Under the pieces are notes generated by a model that saw only the letters and a program-made list of their open reading frames with translations, was not told the DNA's origin and made no database searches. Positions 9,581 to 20,033 of a DNA stretch of 64,000 bases are shown in pieces. Origin of the DNA: an uncultured delta proteobacterium (GTDB taxonomy: Bacteria > Desulfobacterota > Desulfobacteria > Desulfobacterales > Desulfosalsimonadaceae); assembly GCA_963826785.1 (NCBI GenBank), contig CAWGYD010000006.1, positions 96,001 through 160,000 on the forward strand, read 5' to 3'. The position numbers and the translations under genes were made by a program. How positions within the stretch are numbered: position 1 is the stretch's first letter; each line of letters opens with the position of its first letter.

Positions 9581-9970
9581 TTACGAGCGGTTCAACATGA
9601 AAAACATAAAATTGAGATAAGTGGCGAAAAGCACCCAGGCCAGGTAGGGGCACAGAAGAAAAGCGGCTATGCGGCTGCTGTGGTAAAAAAGAGCCAGCAA
9701 TCCAAAAAGCGTGATATCCAATACAAGGATATCCGCCAATGCGGCCAGGGGGTTCTGGAGGCTGAAAAAAAGCCAGGTCCAGATAAAATTGGAAATCAGG
9801 TGAATGCTCAGGATGGCCAGGGCAGCCATGGGGAAGATTTTTTCCGGGGAGCGCAGGTACAGAATAATGGAGATGGTGATCATGGCATACAATACCAGCC
9901 ATACCGGGGTGAAGACCCAGTCCGGAGGTGTCAGCGGCGGTTTTTGCAGGCTCTGATACCAGGGATTCAA
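9581..9970 (-). CDS. tspO: TspO/MBR tryptophan-rich sensory protein
   Basis: WYQSLQKPPLTPPDWVFTPVW, NFIWTWLFF, PYLAWVLFATYLN; TTG start with GAGGAG RBS. Confidence 0.92.
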   Translation of the reverse strand: MNPWYQSLQKPPLTPPDWVFTPVWLVLYAMITISIILYLRSPEKIFPMAALAILSIHLISNFIWTWLFFSLQNPLAALADILVLDITLFGLLALFYHSSRIAAFLLCPYLAWVLFATYLNFMFFMLNRS

Positions 9971-10076
9971 TAGACGATCTCCTCAGGAAAAAATCCGGAA
10001 ACGCACATCATGAACCATAAAGCTTTATTTCAGATGCCGCAAATCGGATGCGGCCGTAAAATAAATGGCCCGGGGT

Positions 10077-10613
10077 TTATACCCCGTCATCGTTTTCAAA
10101 TGCCCCGAAACACCGGTACCACCAGAACAGGGTCCCGAAAAACAGCACGTACAGCTCGTGCCCCCGATCTTCAAATTCCGTGATGATACCCGCGTTGAAA
10201 TGCATCCGGAACAAATTGATGGCGTTTTTATAATAAATGGTGCCGATGGGTGAACCCTCCAGCAGAATGCTGGAGGTGAAATGGCTTTTCGAACCCGGAC
10301 CGCTTTTTCCAAGATACGATAACGTGCGATCTCCGATGCTCAGAAACTCGGGGAAGTACAGCCACTTGTCCTTGAGTTCATTTTCGATTACGCCTGCCGG
10401 CGATCCTTTGTATGTCAGTTCCCTCGATGTTGTAAACCGCAGCACCTCGGTTGAGCCTCCGGTGATGGAAAAAACCGGATTCCGGGTGCTCCCCCTGACG
10501 ACAAAGGGTTTCAAGGCGCCATCATTGATATCCCTGAGTGATGCGGAAAAGGTGTTGAACCATCTTCTCGGACGGCAAAGATAATACTGTGTTTTCATGG
10601 GCGTGGCTTTCAT
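10077..10613 (-). CDS. Hypothetical protein (possible LURP-one/tubby-C-like fold)
   Basis: 178-aa ORF filling the gap; short beta-like segments ending in a hydrophobic helix (ELYVLFFGTLFWWY). Confidence 0.5.
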   Translation of the reverse strand: MKATPMKTQYYLCRPRRWFNTFSASLRDINDGALKPFVVRGSTRNPVFSITGGSTEVLRFTTSRELTYKGSPAGVIENELKDKWLYFPEFLSIGDRTLSYLGKSGPGSKSHFTSSILLEGSPIGTIYYKNAINLFRMHFNAGIITEFEDRGHELYVLFFGTLFWWYRCFGAFENDDGV

Positions 10614-10969
10614 ACGGCAGATCCGGAAAATGACTGACTTTACACAAAATCAATCTGCCGGATCAAGCAGTATTTTACCCGATTTTCAACTGCCGCAAAA
10701 TACAGGCAGCCAAGACCGCCCACCCGCATGGCATCCAAAAGAAAAGGTTCTCTTTTTTCCCGCGAAGGCGGGTAGGAAAAACCGTTCACCCTGTTTTTGC
10801 GATCCCTCAAAAAGCCGGGACCAATTGATGAACGGATCCCCAAAACCAGGGGCGCGGATCAGATCAACGGCGCCATGAAAAAATAGGGGTGGCTTTATGT
10901 TCCCCCCCATATTATGTATTACGGTAAAAAACATACGCAACACAGGAAAACAAACACTATATTTTACAA

Positions 10970-11476
10970 ATGAGCCCATCATCGGCCATGCGGACCGAAT
11001 CCGCATTCATTCGTACCAATATGCCCCTGCTCCTGGCACGTTTTTCCCTGTCCTATTATAAAGAGGCATCCTGCGTCGAATATTTCATCAACAGGCGCGA
11101 TATTCCGGATACGGTGTCTTCTTCGCTGGTCTTTTCCTGCAACTCCGCGGCAAGGGATCTGCATGTATCGAGATTTCACCCCGGACTTTACCTGCAGCCC
11201 GATTCAAAATACCTATCCGCCGCGTGCTTCTACCTTCTCATCCATCACTGCGCAAACGCTTACGAAATGGATGATGCCTTCCACATCAGCCTTGAAACCA
11301 TCCCCGTGATCAGCGACAGCTTTTACATGCAACTCAAGGATTTCAATTTCCATATCCGCAGATACGGCCTGGGCAATGTGGTTGAACTGATCAGCGATAT
11401 CATCCGGCTGCCCGTGGATACGAGCATGATCAAAGCACACATTTTCGGCGAAGGCGAAATCCCGTTTCTGAAATAG
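10970..11476 (+). CDS. Hypothetical protein
   Basis: 168-aa ORF with protein-like composition after an AT-rich upstream region, followed by a hairpin. Confidence 0.65.
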   Translation: MSPSSAMRTESAFIRTNMPLLLARFSLSYYKEASCVEYFINRRDIPDTVSSSLVFSCNSAARDLHVSRFHPGLYLQPDSKYLSAACFYLLIHHCANAYEMDDAFHISLETIPVISDSFYMQLKDFNFHIRRYGLGNVVELISDIIRLPVDTSMIKAHIFGEGEIPFLK

Positions 11477-11485
11477 CGTTCGAGT

Positions 11486-11510
11486 TTGCCTGCACCTGAA
11501 GAAACAGGCA
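11486..11510. terminator. Hairpin between convergent genes
   Basis: tgcctg-N12-caggca. Confidence 0.35.
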
Positions 11511-11519
11511 GGGATCGGC

Positions 11520-12431
11520 TTACTCGGATTGGGTCAAATCGAGCCCCCGGCGAATCTCCCGGGCAAGCGCATAGGCATCACCGCTTTTGATCATGTGATC
11601 GAAATAGAGCTGGGGCTGCTCGCCGGTTTCCTGGTTGTACAGGCATCCCTGGTACCATTGCAGTTCATTGTACATGAGCTTGACCACCGGGTCGACCTCT
11701 TCCGCCCGCATGGCGAAATCGGACATGACTTCCGCATTATCGCCACCGGTCGGTTTGAATTCGATATTGGTGGAAATATTCGCCTGGGGATTCACGAGGG
11801 TATTTCCGATGGTGATCGGGTCTGATCGGTACACCCAAACGGTGATCACACCATTTTCGCCGGTTTCGGCGTGCCCCCGCAGGATGTTGGCCAGCCGCTT
11901 CGGATCCAGCGGGGAGGACGTATTTTGCGGCGACTGCTGGGGAAAGGGCGTGGCGGTGACCCCCAGTGCGGCCTTGACCGACCGGGCAAGCTTCAGCGGA
12001 TCATCCGTTCCCCGGAAATGGACAAACCAGATCTGCGGGTCCGTCGGTGCATGCTGATGAAAGGCCTGAAAAACCAGTCCGTTCTCCAATAGAGCCCCAA
12101 TAAACGGGTTCACCTCATCCTCCAGAAGCGCCACATCTGCATTGAGGAAGGCCTTTTTGTTTTCAAGGGGCTGAAAGAAAAGGTCCCCCTCGATTTCAAA
12201 ATCCGACGAAAACGTAACCCCCTCCGGCCCCTTGACCTGACCGATGTCTTTGCGCCCGAAGCTAATTTGAAGCACCTCGTTTACAACTTTTCCCTTGGCC
12301 CCGATAATGTCTTCGATACCTTTGACCGGCAGATTCGCAGGCTCATTTGAAAATGCCTGCCCTGCGGCAAAGACCCAGAAAACCAGGCTTGCAATAACCA
12401 GGGCCAGACTTTTTTGATGATTGATTCCCAT
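11520..12431 (-). CDS. Exported DUF1259 (LppY/LpqO-like) duplicated-domain protein
   Basis: Signal peptide; two repeats (ALLEDEVNPFI..AFHQH..PQIWFVHFRG and AMRAEEVDPVV..LYNQ..PQLYFDH); ATG 12431 after AGGAG. Confidence 0.8.
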   Translation of the reverse strand: MGINHQKSLALVIASLVFWVFAAGQAFSNEPANLPVKGIEDIIGAKGKVVNEVLQISFGRKDIGQVKGPEGVTFSSDFEIEGDLFFQPLENKKAFLNADVALLEDEVNPFIGALLENGLVFQAFHQHAPTDPQIWFVHFRGTDDPLKLARSVKAALGVTATPFPQQSPQNTSSPLDPKRLANILRGHAETGENGVITVWVYRSDPITIGNTLVNPQANISTNIEFKPTGGDNAEVMSDFAMRAEEVDPVVKLMYNELQWYQGCLYNQETGEQPQLYFDHMIKSGDAYALAREIRRGLDLTQSE

Positions 12432-12534
12432 TTTGACTGTCTCCTTTATAACGGCTCGATAAACGTTGTGCCCATAAAATCCGGCGGCCCGCAGGCATTC
12501 ATTTTCCTGCAGGGAGAACCGGATTTCCCGTTTC

Positions 12535-13134
12535 TTAATCATAACCAATCCGCTCCCGCCCGAAATCAGGTTTACTCCCTAAAATCAGAACATGGATGCG
12601 GTATTTTGTGAGCCTGCGCAAGTAAGGAGATTTGCCGAAAAACCGGATGGGTGCGGGATCATCCGGAAAAAAAGGAAGGATGTGAATAAAAATCTCGTCG
12701 TCGAACCACGACGCATGGCGAAACTCAAATGACGCGCGGCACTGCGGCGGCAGCAGGGAAAGGAATTCCTTTAACCGCGGCACGCCTTTCTTCAGGTTCG
12801 GCGGCAGCTGAAACAACAGTGCGCCCAGGCGCTCCTTCAGCACGTCTGCCGTGGCCAACAGGGTGGCCAGCGATTGATCCGCATCCTTTAGCCGCTGAAT
12901 GTGCGTAATCTGCCGCGGCGCCTTGAGCACGAATCGAAAATCCGCCGGTACGGCATCCGCCCAGGCTTCAAGGACGGTTACCGTCGGCATGCGGTAAAAA
13001 GTGCTGTTGATCTCCACCGCCCGAAAATGTCTCCCGTAATAACCCAGCATCCCCTTTGCCGGCAGGCCTTCAGGGTAGAAGGACCCCTTCCATTTTTTGT
13101 ATGCGTATCCACTGGTGCCCGCGTAGAAATGCAT
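12535..13134 (-). pseudogene. DUF72 family protein, C-terminally truncated
   Basis: GTSGY, VEINSTFY, LLFQLPP and EFRHASW are present; similarity appears to end near 12690 and the tail contains a terminator-like hairpin. Confidence 0.65.
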
Positions 13135-13137
13135 GAT

Positions 13138-15006
13138 TCAATTGGATTGAGTAGAGGGGGCGGCCTGCCCCGCGTCCAGCAGCTGCTCCCGGCCGGTTTT
13201 GACAAATTCCTGCCGGATCTGTTCGTAGGCGGCCGGAGTCAGCAGATGATAGGTATCGTCTCCCCGGCGGCGAAAGTAGATGGTCATGTCCGGAAAGGAT
13301 TCAATATTGAAGTGTTGACGCTTGAAGGGGCGCACCAGGAGTTTCTGGGTATTGGTGAGAGAAAAATCGTCGATGATCCGGATGTAGTCGGGCATCCATT
13401 TGGGGTCCATGCCGCCCGCCTTCTGCTGGCGGTCAAACCAGGAAAACGCCGCCGCCGGGTCGAAGGGGGCGCCGTCGTTCAACTGCAGCGCCACCATCAC
13501 TTTTTCGTCGGACACTTCAGACGGCGCCCCGAAGGCGATGGCCAGTTTCACGCCGGGCAGCCGGGAAGCATACTCGGCCACGTTTTCGGCGGAAAAGTTT
13601 TCCCCGTCCTTTCTCACCCAGTCGTCGGTGCGGCCGTTGAAATACAGGTAGCGCCTGGAGTTTACGATCCGCACATGGCCGAGGTCTCCGGAGTGGTAGT
13701 AGCCGTCCCTGAATTTTTTTTCCGTGGCGCGAAAATTTTGGAAATAGCCTTCAAACCGCAGGTTGTTCCGGCCGGTCTTTTTGGCGATCTCACCCACCGC
13801 CTGGGCGTAGTTGACCAGAAAGCCGCTGTCATTGACCAATCCCGGCGGACAGATCCCCCCCGTTTCATTTAAGATCACCACATCCTTTTGGATTTCCCCC
13901 ACCGAGTCAATGGGATCGCCGGGCTTGTTTACGGTCGTAATCACCGCTTCGGTGGAGCCGTATATTTCATAGATGTGCTCCATCCCCAGATAGCCGATCA
14001 ATTTTTGCCGGTCCACGGCCGGGGCGCCATTTCCATAGGCCGCCCAAAACCGGTTGTTCGGATGCCGGGCCAGGGCGTTCTCCACCGCTTTTCCGCCGCC
14101 GTATTTTTTCTCCAGGGCGGCGATGATGTAATGCAGCGGCTGACCCACGTAATTCATGAAGGTGACGCCGTATTTCAGCATATCCTCTTCAAAGGCGCTG
14201 GCGCTGAAGCTGCGCTTCAGGACAAAGCCGGATCCGGAAACCAAGGCGGTCAGCACCCCGATGAACCAGGCATTGGAATGAAACAGGGGATTGGCGATAT
14301 AGCCCACATCGTCTTTTTTCAGGCGGACGGCGCTCTGCACCACGAACCCGGCCCCGAACATCTTGAGATGCGCGCAGGGCACCCCCTTGGGCATCCCGGT
14401 GGTGCCGGAGGTATAGATGACCAGCACCGGAGCGGTATTGTCCATGGGCGGCTTGTATTGGGCTAAACTTCTGCCCTCCGACCGGAAAAGGGCATCTTCG
14501 AGAAAGGTGAAACCGCCGGACCGGGCATCCTCGCCACCGCCGGCCACCAGGATGTTTTCAGCTGAAAGGCCGTTGAAATCATCCAGGCCGGCCTTGATTT
14601 CGTCGGCCCAGGCAGGCGTGGTCAGCAGCATTGAAATACCGGACTGGTTGATTACATTGGCCAGGGTGGTCCCCCTGAATCCCGTGTTGATGCAAAACAG
14701 CACGCTGTTGCTCAGCGCCGCCCCGAACGCCGCAAAGAGAAATTCAGGGGTGTTCTCCTGGTAGATGCCCACGGCCAGCTTTTCGGTTTTGCCCAGCCGC
14801 CCCTGCGCCAGGCGTTTTTTTCGCTCGCAGAGAAACAGGTCTGCAAACCGGCGGGCCTGCTTATAGGTGCCGCCATAAGTGTAGCGGGTGTCTTCAAAGA
14901 TGAAAAAGAGACGGTTTCGCCGAAGGGGGCTGCCGGCGGTCAGCCGGACCAGGGTCCCGAAATTGACAAACGGCAATGCATTACGAATGACGGTTTTGAC
15001 GTTCAT
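13138..15006 (-). CDS. AMP-dependent acyl-CoA synthetase (long-chain/FATP-like)
   Basis: YTSGTTGMPKG, YGSTE, YHSGDLG, GRTDDWVRKDGEN, TQK. Confidence 0.92.
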   Translation of the reverse strand: MNVKTVIRNALPFVNFGTLVRLTAGSPLRRNRLFFIFEDTRYTYGGTYKQARRFADLFLCERKKRLAQGRLGKTEKLAVGIYQENTPEFLFAAFGAALSNSVLFCINTGFRGTTLANVINQSGISMLLTTPAWADEIKAGLDDFNGLSAENILVAGGGEDARSGGFTFLEDALFRSEGRSLAQYKPPMDNTAPVLVIYTSGTTGMPKGVPCAHLKMFGAGFVVQSAVRLKKDDVGYIANPLFHSNAWFIGVLTALVSGSGFVLKRSFSASAFEEDMLKYGVTFMNYVGQPLHYIIAALEKKYGGGKAVENALARHPNNRFWAAYGNGAPAVDRQKLIGYLGMEHIYEIYGSTEAVITTVNKPGDPIDSVGEIQKDVVILNETGGICPPGLVNDSGFLVNYAQAVGEIAKKTGRNNLRFEGYFQNFRATEKKFRDGYYHSGDLGHVRIVNSRRYLYFNGRTDDWVRKDGENFSAENVAEYASRLPGVKLAIAFGAPSEVSDEKVMVALQLNDGAPFDPAAAFSWFDRQQKAGGMDPKWMPDYIRIIDDFSLTNTQKLLVRPFKRQHFNIESFPDMTIYFRRRGDDTYHLLTPAAYEQIRQEFVKTGREQLLDAGQAAPSTQSN

Positions 15007-15198
15007 TGGCGCAATCCTGTTTGGCCGGCACTTCCGATGGGATCCTTATTTTCTGGTATTATGAATAATATGCGCAAATGACTGCGATGACAACCTGATA
15101 ACCCATCCATGTGATTCCGGTCTCCTCCCGACAGAAACCTGTTGATCGCATCCTTGATTTGCCATATGAGTGTCACCACAATAAAAAAGAGGAATGAT

Positions 15199-16389
15199 AT
15201 GGTTATTTTACGCAAAAAAGCGGATAAGCCGCCGGAGCCGGAAAAGCCGGAGTACCTGTACCAGAAAAAACCCCGGTATTTCGCCCAGGTGGCCGATACG
15301 TTGAAGGACCTGGCGGTGACGGAACTTACGGAACTGGGGGCGAAGGAACCGGCACCGTCTTTCCGGGGCATCTATTTTACGGCGGACAAGGCCGCCCTGT
15401 ACCGGGTCAACTACTGCTCCCGCCTGATCTCCCGGGTTCTGGCGCCGGTGATCTCGTTTAACTGCCCGGACACGGACACCATCTACAACCGGGTCAAGCG
15501 GATTCAATGGGAACATTTTTTCTCGGAAGACAACACCTTTGCGGTCTTTGCCAATGTATCCGACAGCCGGGTGGATCACTCCAAGTTCGCATCGCTTCGC
15601 GTCAAGGACGCCATCGTGGATTACTTTCTGGGACATGCCGGCCAGCGGCCCAACGTGGCGCCCATGAACCCGGATGTGGAGATCAACCTGCATATCCTGA
15701 AGAACCGGGCGGATTTGAGTATCGACACGTCCAACGGGTCACTTCACCGGCGGGGATACCGGGAGGCGAGCGTGTCCGCCCCCATGCAGGAAACCGTGGC
15801 GGCGGCCGTGATCCGCATGTCCGGGTGGAACGGATCGATGCCGCTGTATGATCCCATGTGCGGGTCGGGCACCATGCTCTGCGAAGCGCTGATGCACTAC
15901 TGCCGGATTCCGGCCGGAATTTTCAGAAAAAATTTCGGATTCGAGCACCTGCCCGACTTTGACCCGGCGATCTGGCAGCGGGTCAAGGAAAATGCCGACC
16001 GCCGGATTCGCGGCATCGCCGAGGGGTTGATCTCAGGAAGCGACAGGGCCAAAGAAGCCGTCAATGCGACGAAAACCAACCTGCTGGGGCTCCATCACGG
16101 AAACCAGGTGCGCATTTCCCAGGCCGATTTCATGGATCTGCCCCCCCAGGAGAATAAAATCATCGTCACCAACCCGCCCTACGGCATCCGCATGGGCGCC
16201 GACGAAGACATGGGGGCGCTGTATAAAAACCTGGGCGACTTTTTGAAGCAGAAGTGCAAGGGGTCGACAGCCTATATCTATTTCGGAGACCGCCGGTATC
16301 TCAAGTACATCGGGCTGAAACCCGAATGGAAAAAACCGCTCAATTCGGGCGGGCTGGAAGGCCGCCTGGTGAAATACCGGATGTATTGA
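15199..16389 (+). CDS. rlmL: THUMP-domain 23S rRNA m2G2445-type methyltransferase (RlmL-like)
   Basis: SLHRRGYR, APMQETVAAA, DPMCGSGT, TNPPYG. Confidence 0.88.
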   Translation: MVILRKKADKPPEPEKPEYLYQKKPRYFAQVADTLKDLAVTELTELGAKEPAPSFRGIYFTADKAALYRVNYCSRLISRVLAPVISFNCPDTDTIYNRVKRIQWEHFFSEDNTFAVFANVSDSRVDHSKFASLRVKDAIVDYFLGHAGQRPNVAPMNPDVEINLHILKNRADLSIDTSNGSLHRRGYREASVSAPMQETVAAAVIRMSGWNGSMPLYDPMCGSGTMLCEALMHYCRIPAGIFRKNFGFEHLPDFDPAIWQRVKENADRRIRGIAEGLISGSDRAKEAVNATKTNLLGLHHGNQVRISQADFMDLPPQENKIIVTNPPYGIRMGADEDMGALYKNLGDFLKQKCKGSTAYIYFGDRRYLKYIGLKPEWKKPLNSGGLEGRLVKYRMY

Positions 16390-16390
16390 T

Positions 16391-17956
16391 TCACGCCGGA
16401 TGGGTTGGACTGACCCGCACCGGCTTGATGTTGGGCAGAGCCGCAATTTTATCCATTACCGCAAGGCCTTCCACTTCGCAATTATCGATCATCTCCCCGC
16501 TCACTTCGAAAGGCTCGCCCACCGAAATCCCGAGGGTGGCCGGGTGCAGCTGCCAGCCCCGGGTCAGGTCCGACCCGCCCACCAGGTTGACGGGAACGAT
16601 GTAATCCCCGGGCCGCATATAGGCCTGCATGTATTTTGGATTCACATATTTCATCACCACCGCGCCATCCGTCTTATCGATATACGATCTGGACCCTTCC
16701 GGAAAAAGCAGGAAGCATTCATGCATGACCTTTCTGAACAGGTCGAAATCATCCCGCTTCAGTTCACTCAAGGCGGATGCGTACGCATCATCTTTGCGAT
16801 ACTCCGAAAGCGCGCTCACCTTCTTTGGGTCCATGCCTGCGGTATGGCGTAAAAACGCTTCTTCGTCCTTCATGGCCGCGCGGAAGGTTTCATAATCGAG
16901 CATGGCTGCAAGATCCAGCCCGGCATCCGGCATTTTGATCAGGCACTGGGATTTGCGCGCGGTTTTGCGCAGTTCATCGGCCAGCCCCTGGGTTTTGATG
17001 GCGGTGGTTTTCTGGGAAGGGACGGCGATGAACAAATTGCCCACATTGGCCGCCCCGTTTCGGATCACCACGTTGGAAAACATCCGGGGCCCCACCACCG
17101 TGTTGCAGTTCTTCGTCAGGTCGTCAAACCCCAGCTTGCGGATGACGCTGCGGACAAAGTACGGCCCCAGATACCCTTCATGGTGGCCGATGAAAAATAT
17201 ACGGCGGCCCGATGCCTTGATACTGGAGACCTGCCGCAGGGTCCGGACCACGTCCGTTGCGGCGATCTGTTTCGGGGAGCCATGCTTCCAGGAGATCTTA
17301 TCGCCGTTTGCAGAGACGATGACGATGTCGATGACTTTCTTGCGCTCCGCATATTCGAAGAACCGGTGCCAGAATGCCGAGTCGGGCAGCACCGGATAGA
17401 TGCACCGGTCAAAGGCGAAGGGGACCGCCAGCAGCTGTTCCAGCCGGGACTTTGAAAATTCCTGGAAAAACTTGTGCTGCATCAGCTGGTGCCGGGTTTC
17501 CAGAAACTTTTTGCGGGCGGTGGGAAAATGCCGGTTCACGTCAAAGCCGTGGGTGGCGGCAAACTCCATGATCTCCTCCACCACTTTCAATGCCTTTTCA
17601 TTGTGCGGGGGCATTCTCAGGGAGTAGAGCTTGACCCGCACGAATTCGGTGAGTTCCCCGAAATTGAGCTGGTTTTTCCAGCCCCTCATTTTTGCGATCC
17701 CGTCGGAAAGTCCGGGAACCCGCATGAGCCGGCGCTGGGTTTTCATGGACAGCCGGTCGGCCGCCGCCGCCAGGCGGGAAAAAAAGGAAAACATCCGGTT
17801 GGAGGTCCTGTACAGCATCCGGTTTCCATCCAGATGCGACAGAAATTCCTCGAACTTGTCTTTGTTCTCTTCGAAAAACCGGGCCACTTCATCCGGGTTA
17901 TATTTCTCCCGGGCCTCTTCCCACCATTTAAACAATGCCGGATTTATCAGTTTCAA
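16391..17956 (-). CDS. Atypical glycerolipid acyltransferase-like (PlsB/PlsC fold) protein with long N-terminal extension
   Basis: IFFIGHHEGYLG (block I-like), LLFPEGSRS (block III), IVPVNL (block IV); TTG start with AAGGA RBS. Confidence 0.6.
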   Translation of the reverse strand: MKLINPALFKWWEEAREKYNPDEVARFFEENKDKFEEFLSHLDGNRMLYRTSNRMFSFFSRLAAAADRLSMKTQRRLMRVPGLSDGIAKMRGWKNQLNFGELTEFVRVKLYSLRMPPHNEKALKVVEEIMEFAATHGFDVNRHFPTARKKFLETRHQLMQHKFFQEFSKSRLEQLLAVPFAFDRCIYPVLPDSAFWHRFFEYAERKKVIDIVIVSANGDKISWKHGSPKQIAATDVVRTLRQVSSIKASGRRIFFIGHHEGYLGPYFVRSVIRKLGFDDLTKNCNTVVGPRMFSNVVIRNGAANVGNLFIAVPSQKTTAIKTQGLADELRKTARKSQCLIKMPDAGLDLAAMLDYETFRAAMKDEEAFLRHTAGMDPKKVSALSEYRKDDAYASALSELKRDDFDLFRKVMHECFLLFPEGSRSYIDKTDGAVVMKYVNPKYMQAYMRPGDYIVPVNLVGGSDLTRGWQLHPATLGISVGEPFEVSGEMIDNCEVEGLAVMDKIAALPNIKPVRVSPTHPA

Positions 17957-18021
17957 GGGTCATCCTTTTTTTCGTGCCTGTGTACAAATCGGGTTTTTCA
18001 CAGACACGGATAGTTCATGTC

Positions 18022-19905
18022 TCAGTTCACGCGCAACAGGAACGGCGGCATGGGAAGGTCCAGGCGGTAGGCGATCGCGCGCAGCAGTTCCGCTTCTTCA
18101 AGGGAGACGATCCTGTCATACAATACACAGTGAGCGCAAGCATTAAAGATCATTTCCCGGACGGCCGGCGTGGAAGCGCCAAACCGGGAAAGGGCGCGCC
18201 CCAGTTCGGTAAAGTCCGCCTCCGGCATGGCTTGGGGGAAAAGCCCGTCTCTGACCGCGGACAGGGTCTGAATGCCGGCATGGTAGGCTTTCTTGACGGT
18301 GTCCGGGTCCGCATGCCCGGCCCGGGCCAGGCGGGAAACGAGGCGGGCCGCATCGTCGGCCAGGTATTCGATGCTTTTGTACACCCGCTTTTTCACCTTC
18401 GGGTAAAAAGCGGAATCCAGGCGATGGGTGATGATCTGCAGCAGGCAGTATTCAAACAGGCTCATCTGCCCGTCGGACTCGGCCAGCACCGAGAGCCTTT
18501 TTTTAAATTCCATATACTGCGCTTCCGACAGGTTTCTCAGGGAAGGCAGGGCCAGGTCCAGCAGGGGAAGCTTCAGGCGGGGGTCGAGCCCGGCCAGCGC
18601 GGACCGGCTTTTACGGGTCCGGGCAACCATTGCTTCCGGAGCCGAGCGCGTAAAATGTTCCAGCTGGGTCTTTCGCGCTGAGGGATCATCATCGAGCAGC
18701 ATGGCGTAAACCACGCATGACGCCCCCAGCGGCTGGTTCAGTTCGTCTTTGACTGGATCGGGGATGTGGCTCAGCAACTGTTTCATGTAGGCCAGATGCT
18801 CTCCGGACACGGTCCCCACCTGGTCCACCGCCGAATCCGCCTCAATCGACGCCTGCCCGCCCGGACCGGCCAGGGCCATGACGGCGGCGGCATCCAGGTC
18901 CAGTGCACCGCTGACCGGCGTCAGGGCGGAAAAATCGCCGGCAAATCCCGGCTCCAGGTACCGGATGCGGGCAGCCAGGGGGGGATGGGTGGAAAACAGG
19001 GAGGAGACCGCGGTGGAAAAAAACATGTGGCTGGCTTCGGCGGCCAGAGGTGCTTTTATCCTGGAGCCGCCGGAAAAACCGCCGATTTTCTTCAATGCAT
19101 TGGCCAGACCCGCCGGATTGCGGGTGAACTGGACCGCCGAGGCATCCCCCAGGTATTCCCGTTGCCGGGAGACCGCGCACTGGATCATTTTCGCAAAAAA
19201 CACGCCCAAATAACCGATGACCACCAGGGCCAGACCCATCCCGATCACCGGGGCCGCCCCCTTCCGGGATCGGGGCCCGGACCGCAGCATGATCCGGCCC
19301 ACCGTGGCAAGCACCATGATCCCGCTGAGCAGTCCGATCAGGCGAATGTTGAGCCGCATGTCGCCGTTTAGAATATGGCTGAATTCATGGCCCACCACCC
19401 CCTGGAGTTCATCCCGGGACAGCCTTTCCAGACAGCCTCCGGTGACCGCCACCACCGCATCTTCCCGGTTGTATCCCGCTGCAAAGGCGTTGATCCCCGC
19501 CTCCTTGTCCAGCACGTAAACCATGGGAACGGATGTTCCCGAGGCGATGGCCATTTCCTCCACCACGTTGAGGAGCTGTTTTTCCTTGAAATCTTTGGTG
19601 GACCGGTCCACCAGCCGCCCGCCCAGGCTCTCTGCAATGTACGGTCCGCCCCGGCGCAGGGCCAGCACCTTGACTGCGCTTGCGCCGATGATAATGGACA
19701 GGGTGGCTGCGCTCACCCATGCAAAAATCTGCGGATCGATCCAGCCGCGGGTGCCGGCGGGCCCGCCGATGTAGTGCTGAAAGAAGAAATGGACCACGGC
19801 ATAGACCGACAGCACGATGCCGGTCACCGCCAGGATATAAAGGAAAATCAAATATGCGCTGTTTCGCCGGGACTGTTCCTGCCGGGCGAAGAAATTTGCA
19901 GCCAT
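18022..19905 (-). CDS. M48 (HtpX-like) membrane zinc metalloprotease with C-terminal helical extension
   Basis: INAFAAG, HEFSH, SRQREYLGD, STHPPL; downstream of lemA. Confidence 0.92.
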   Translation of the reverse strand: MAANFFARQEQSRRNSAYLIFLYILAVTGIVLSVYAVVHFFFQHYIGGPAGTRGWIDPQIFAWVSAATLSIIIGASAVKVLALRRGGPYIAESLGGRLVDRSTKDFKEKQLLNVVEEMAIASGTSVPMVYVLDKEAGINAFAAGYNREDAVVAVTGGCLERLSRDELQGVVGHEFSHILNGDMRLNIRLIGLLSGIMVLATVGRIMLRSGPRSRKGAAPVIGMGLALVVIGYLGVFFAKMIQCAVSRQREYLGDASAVQFTRNPAGLANALKKIGGFSGGSRIKAPLAAEASHMFFSTAVSSLFSTHPPLAARIRYLEPGFAGDFSALTPVSGALDLDAAAVMALAGPGGQASIEADSAVDQVGTVSGEHLAYMKQLLSHIPDPVKDELNQPLGASCVVYAMLLDDDPSARKTQLEHFTRSAPEAMVARTRKSRSALAGLDPRLKLPLLDLALPSLRNLSEAQYMEFKKRLSVLAESDGQMSLFEYCLLQIITHRLDSAFYPKVKKRVYKSIEYLADDAARLVSRLARAGHADPDTVKKAYHAGIQTLSAVRDGLFPQAMPEADFTELGRALSRFGASTPAVREMIFNACAHCVLYDRIVSLEEAELLRAIAYRLDLPMPPFLLRVN

Positions 19906-20033
19906 GCCTCACCTTTGGGATCGTATTCAATCCGCCGATCGCCGGAAAAAAATCAGTTCCGGCACGGCAGGAAATGGCCAGAAATCCTATAGGGGCGGGC
20001 CTTATGCCCGCCCGGGCGCTGAAAGTCGCCTTA

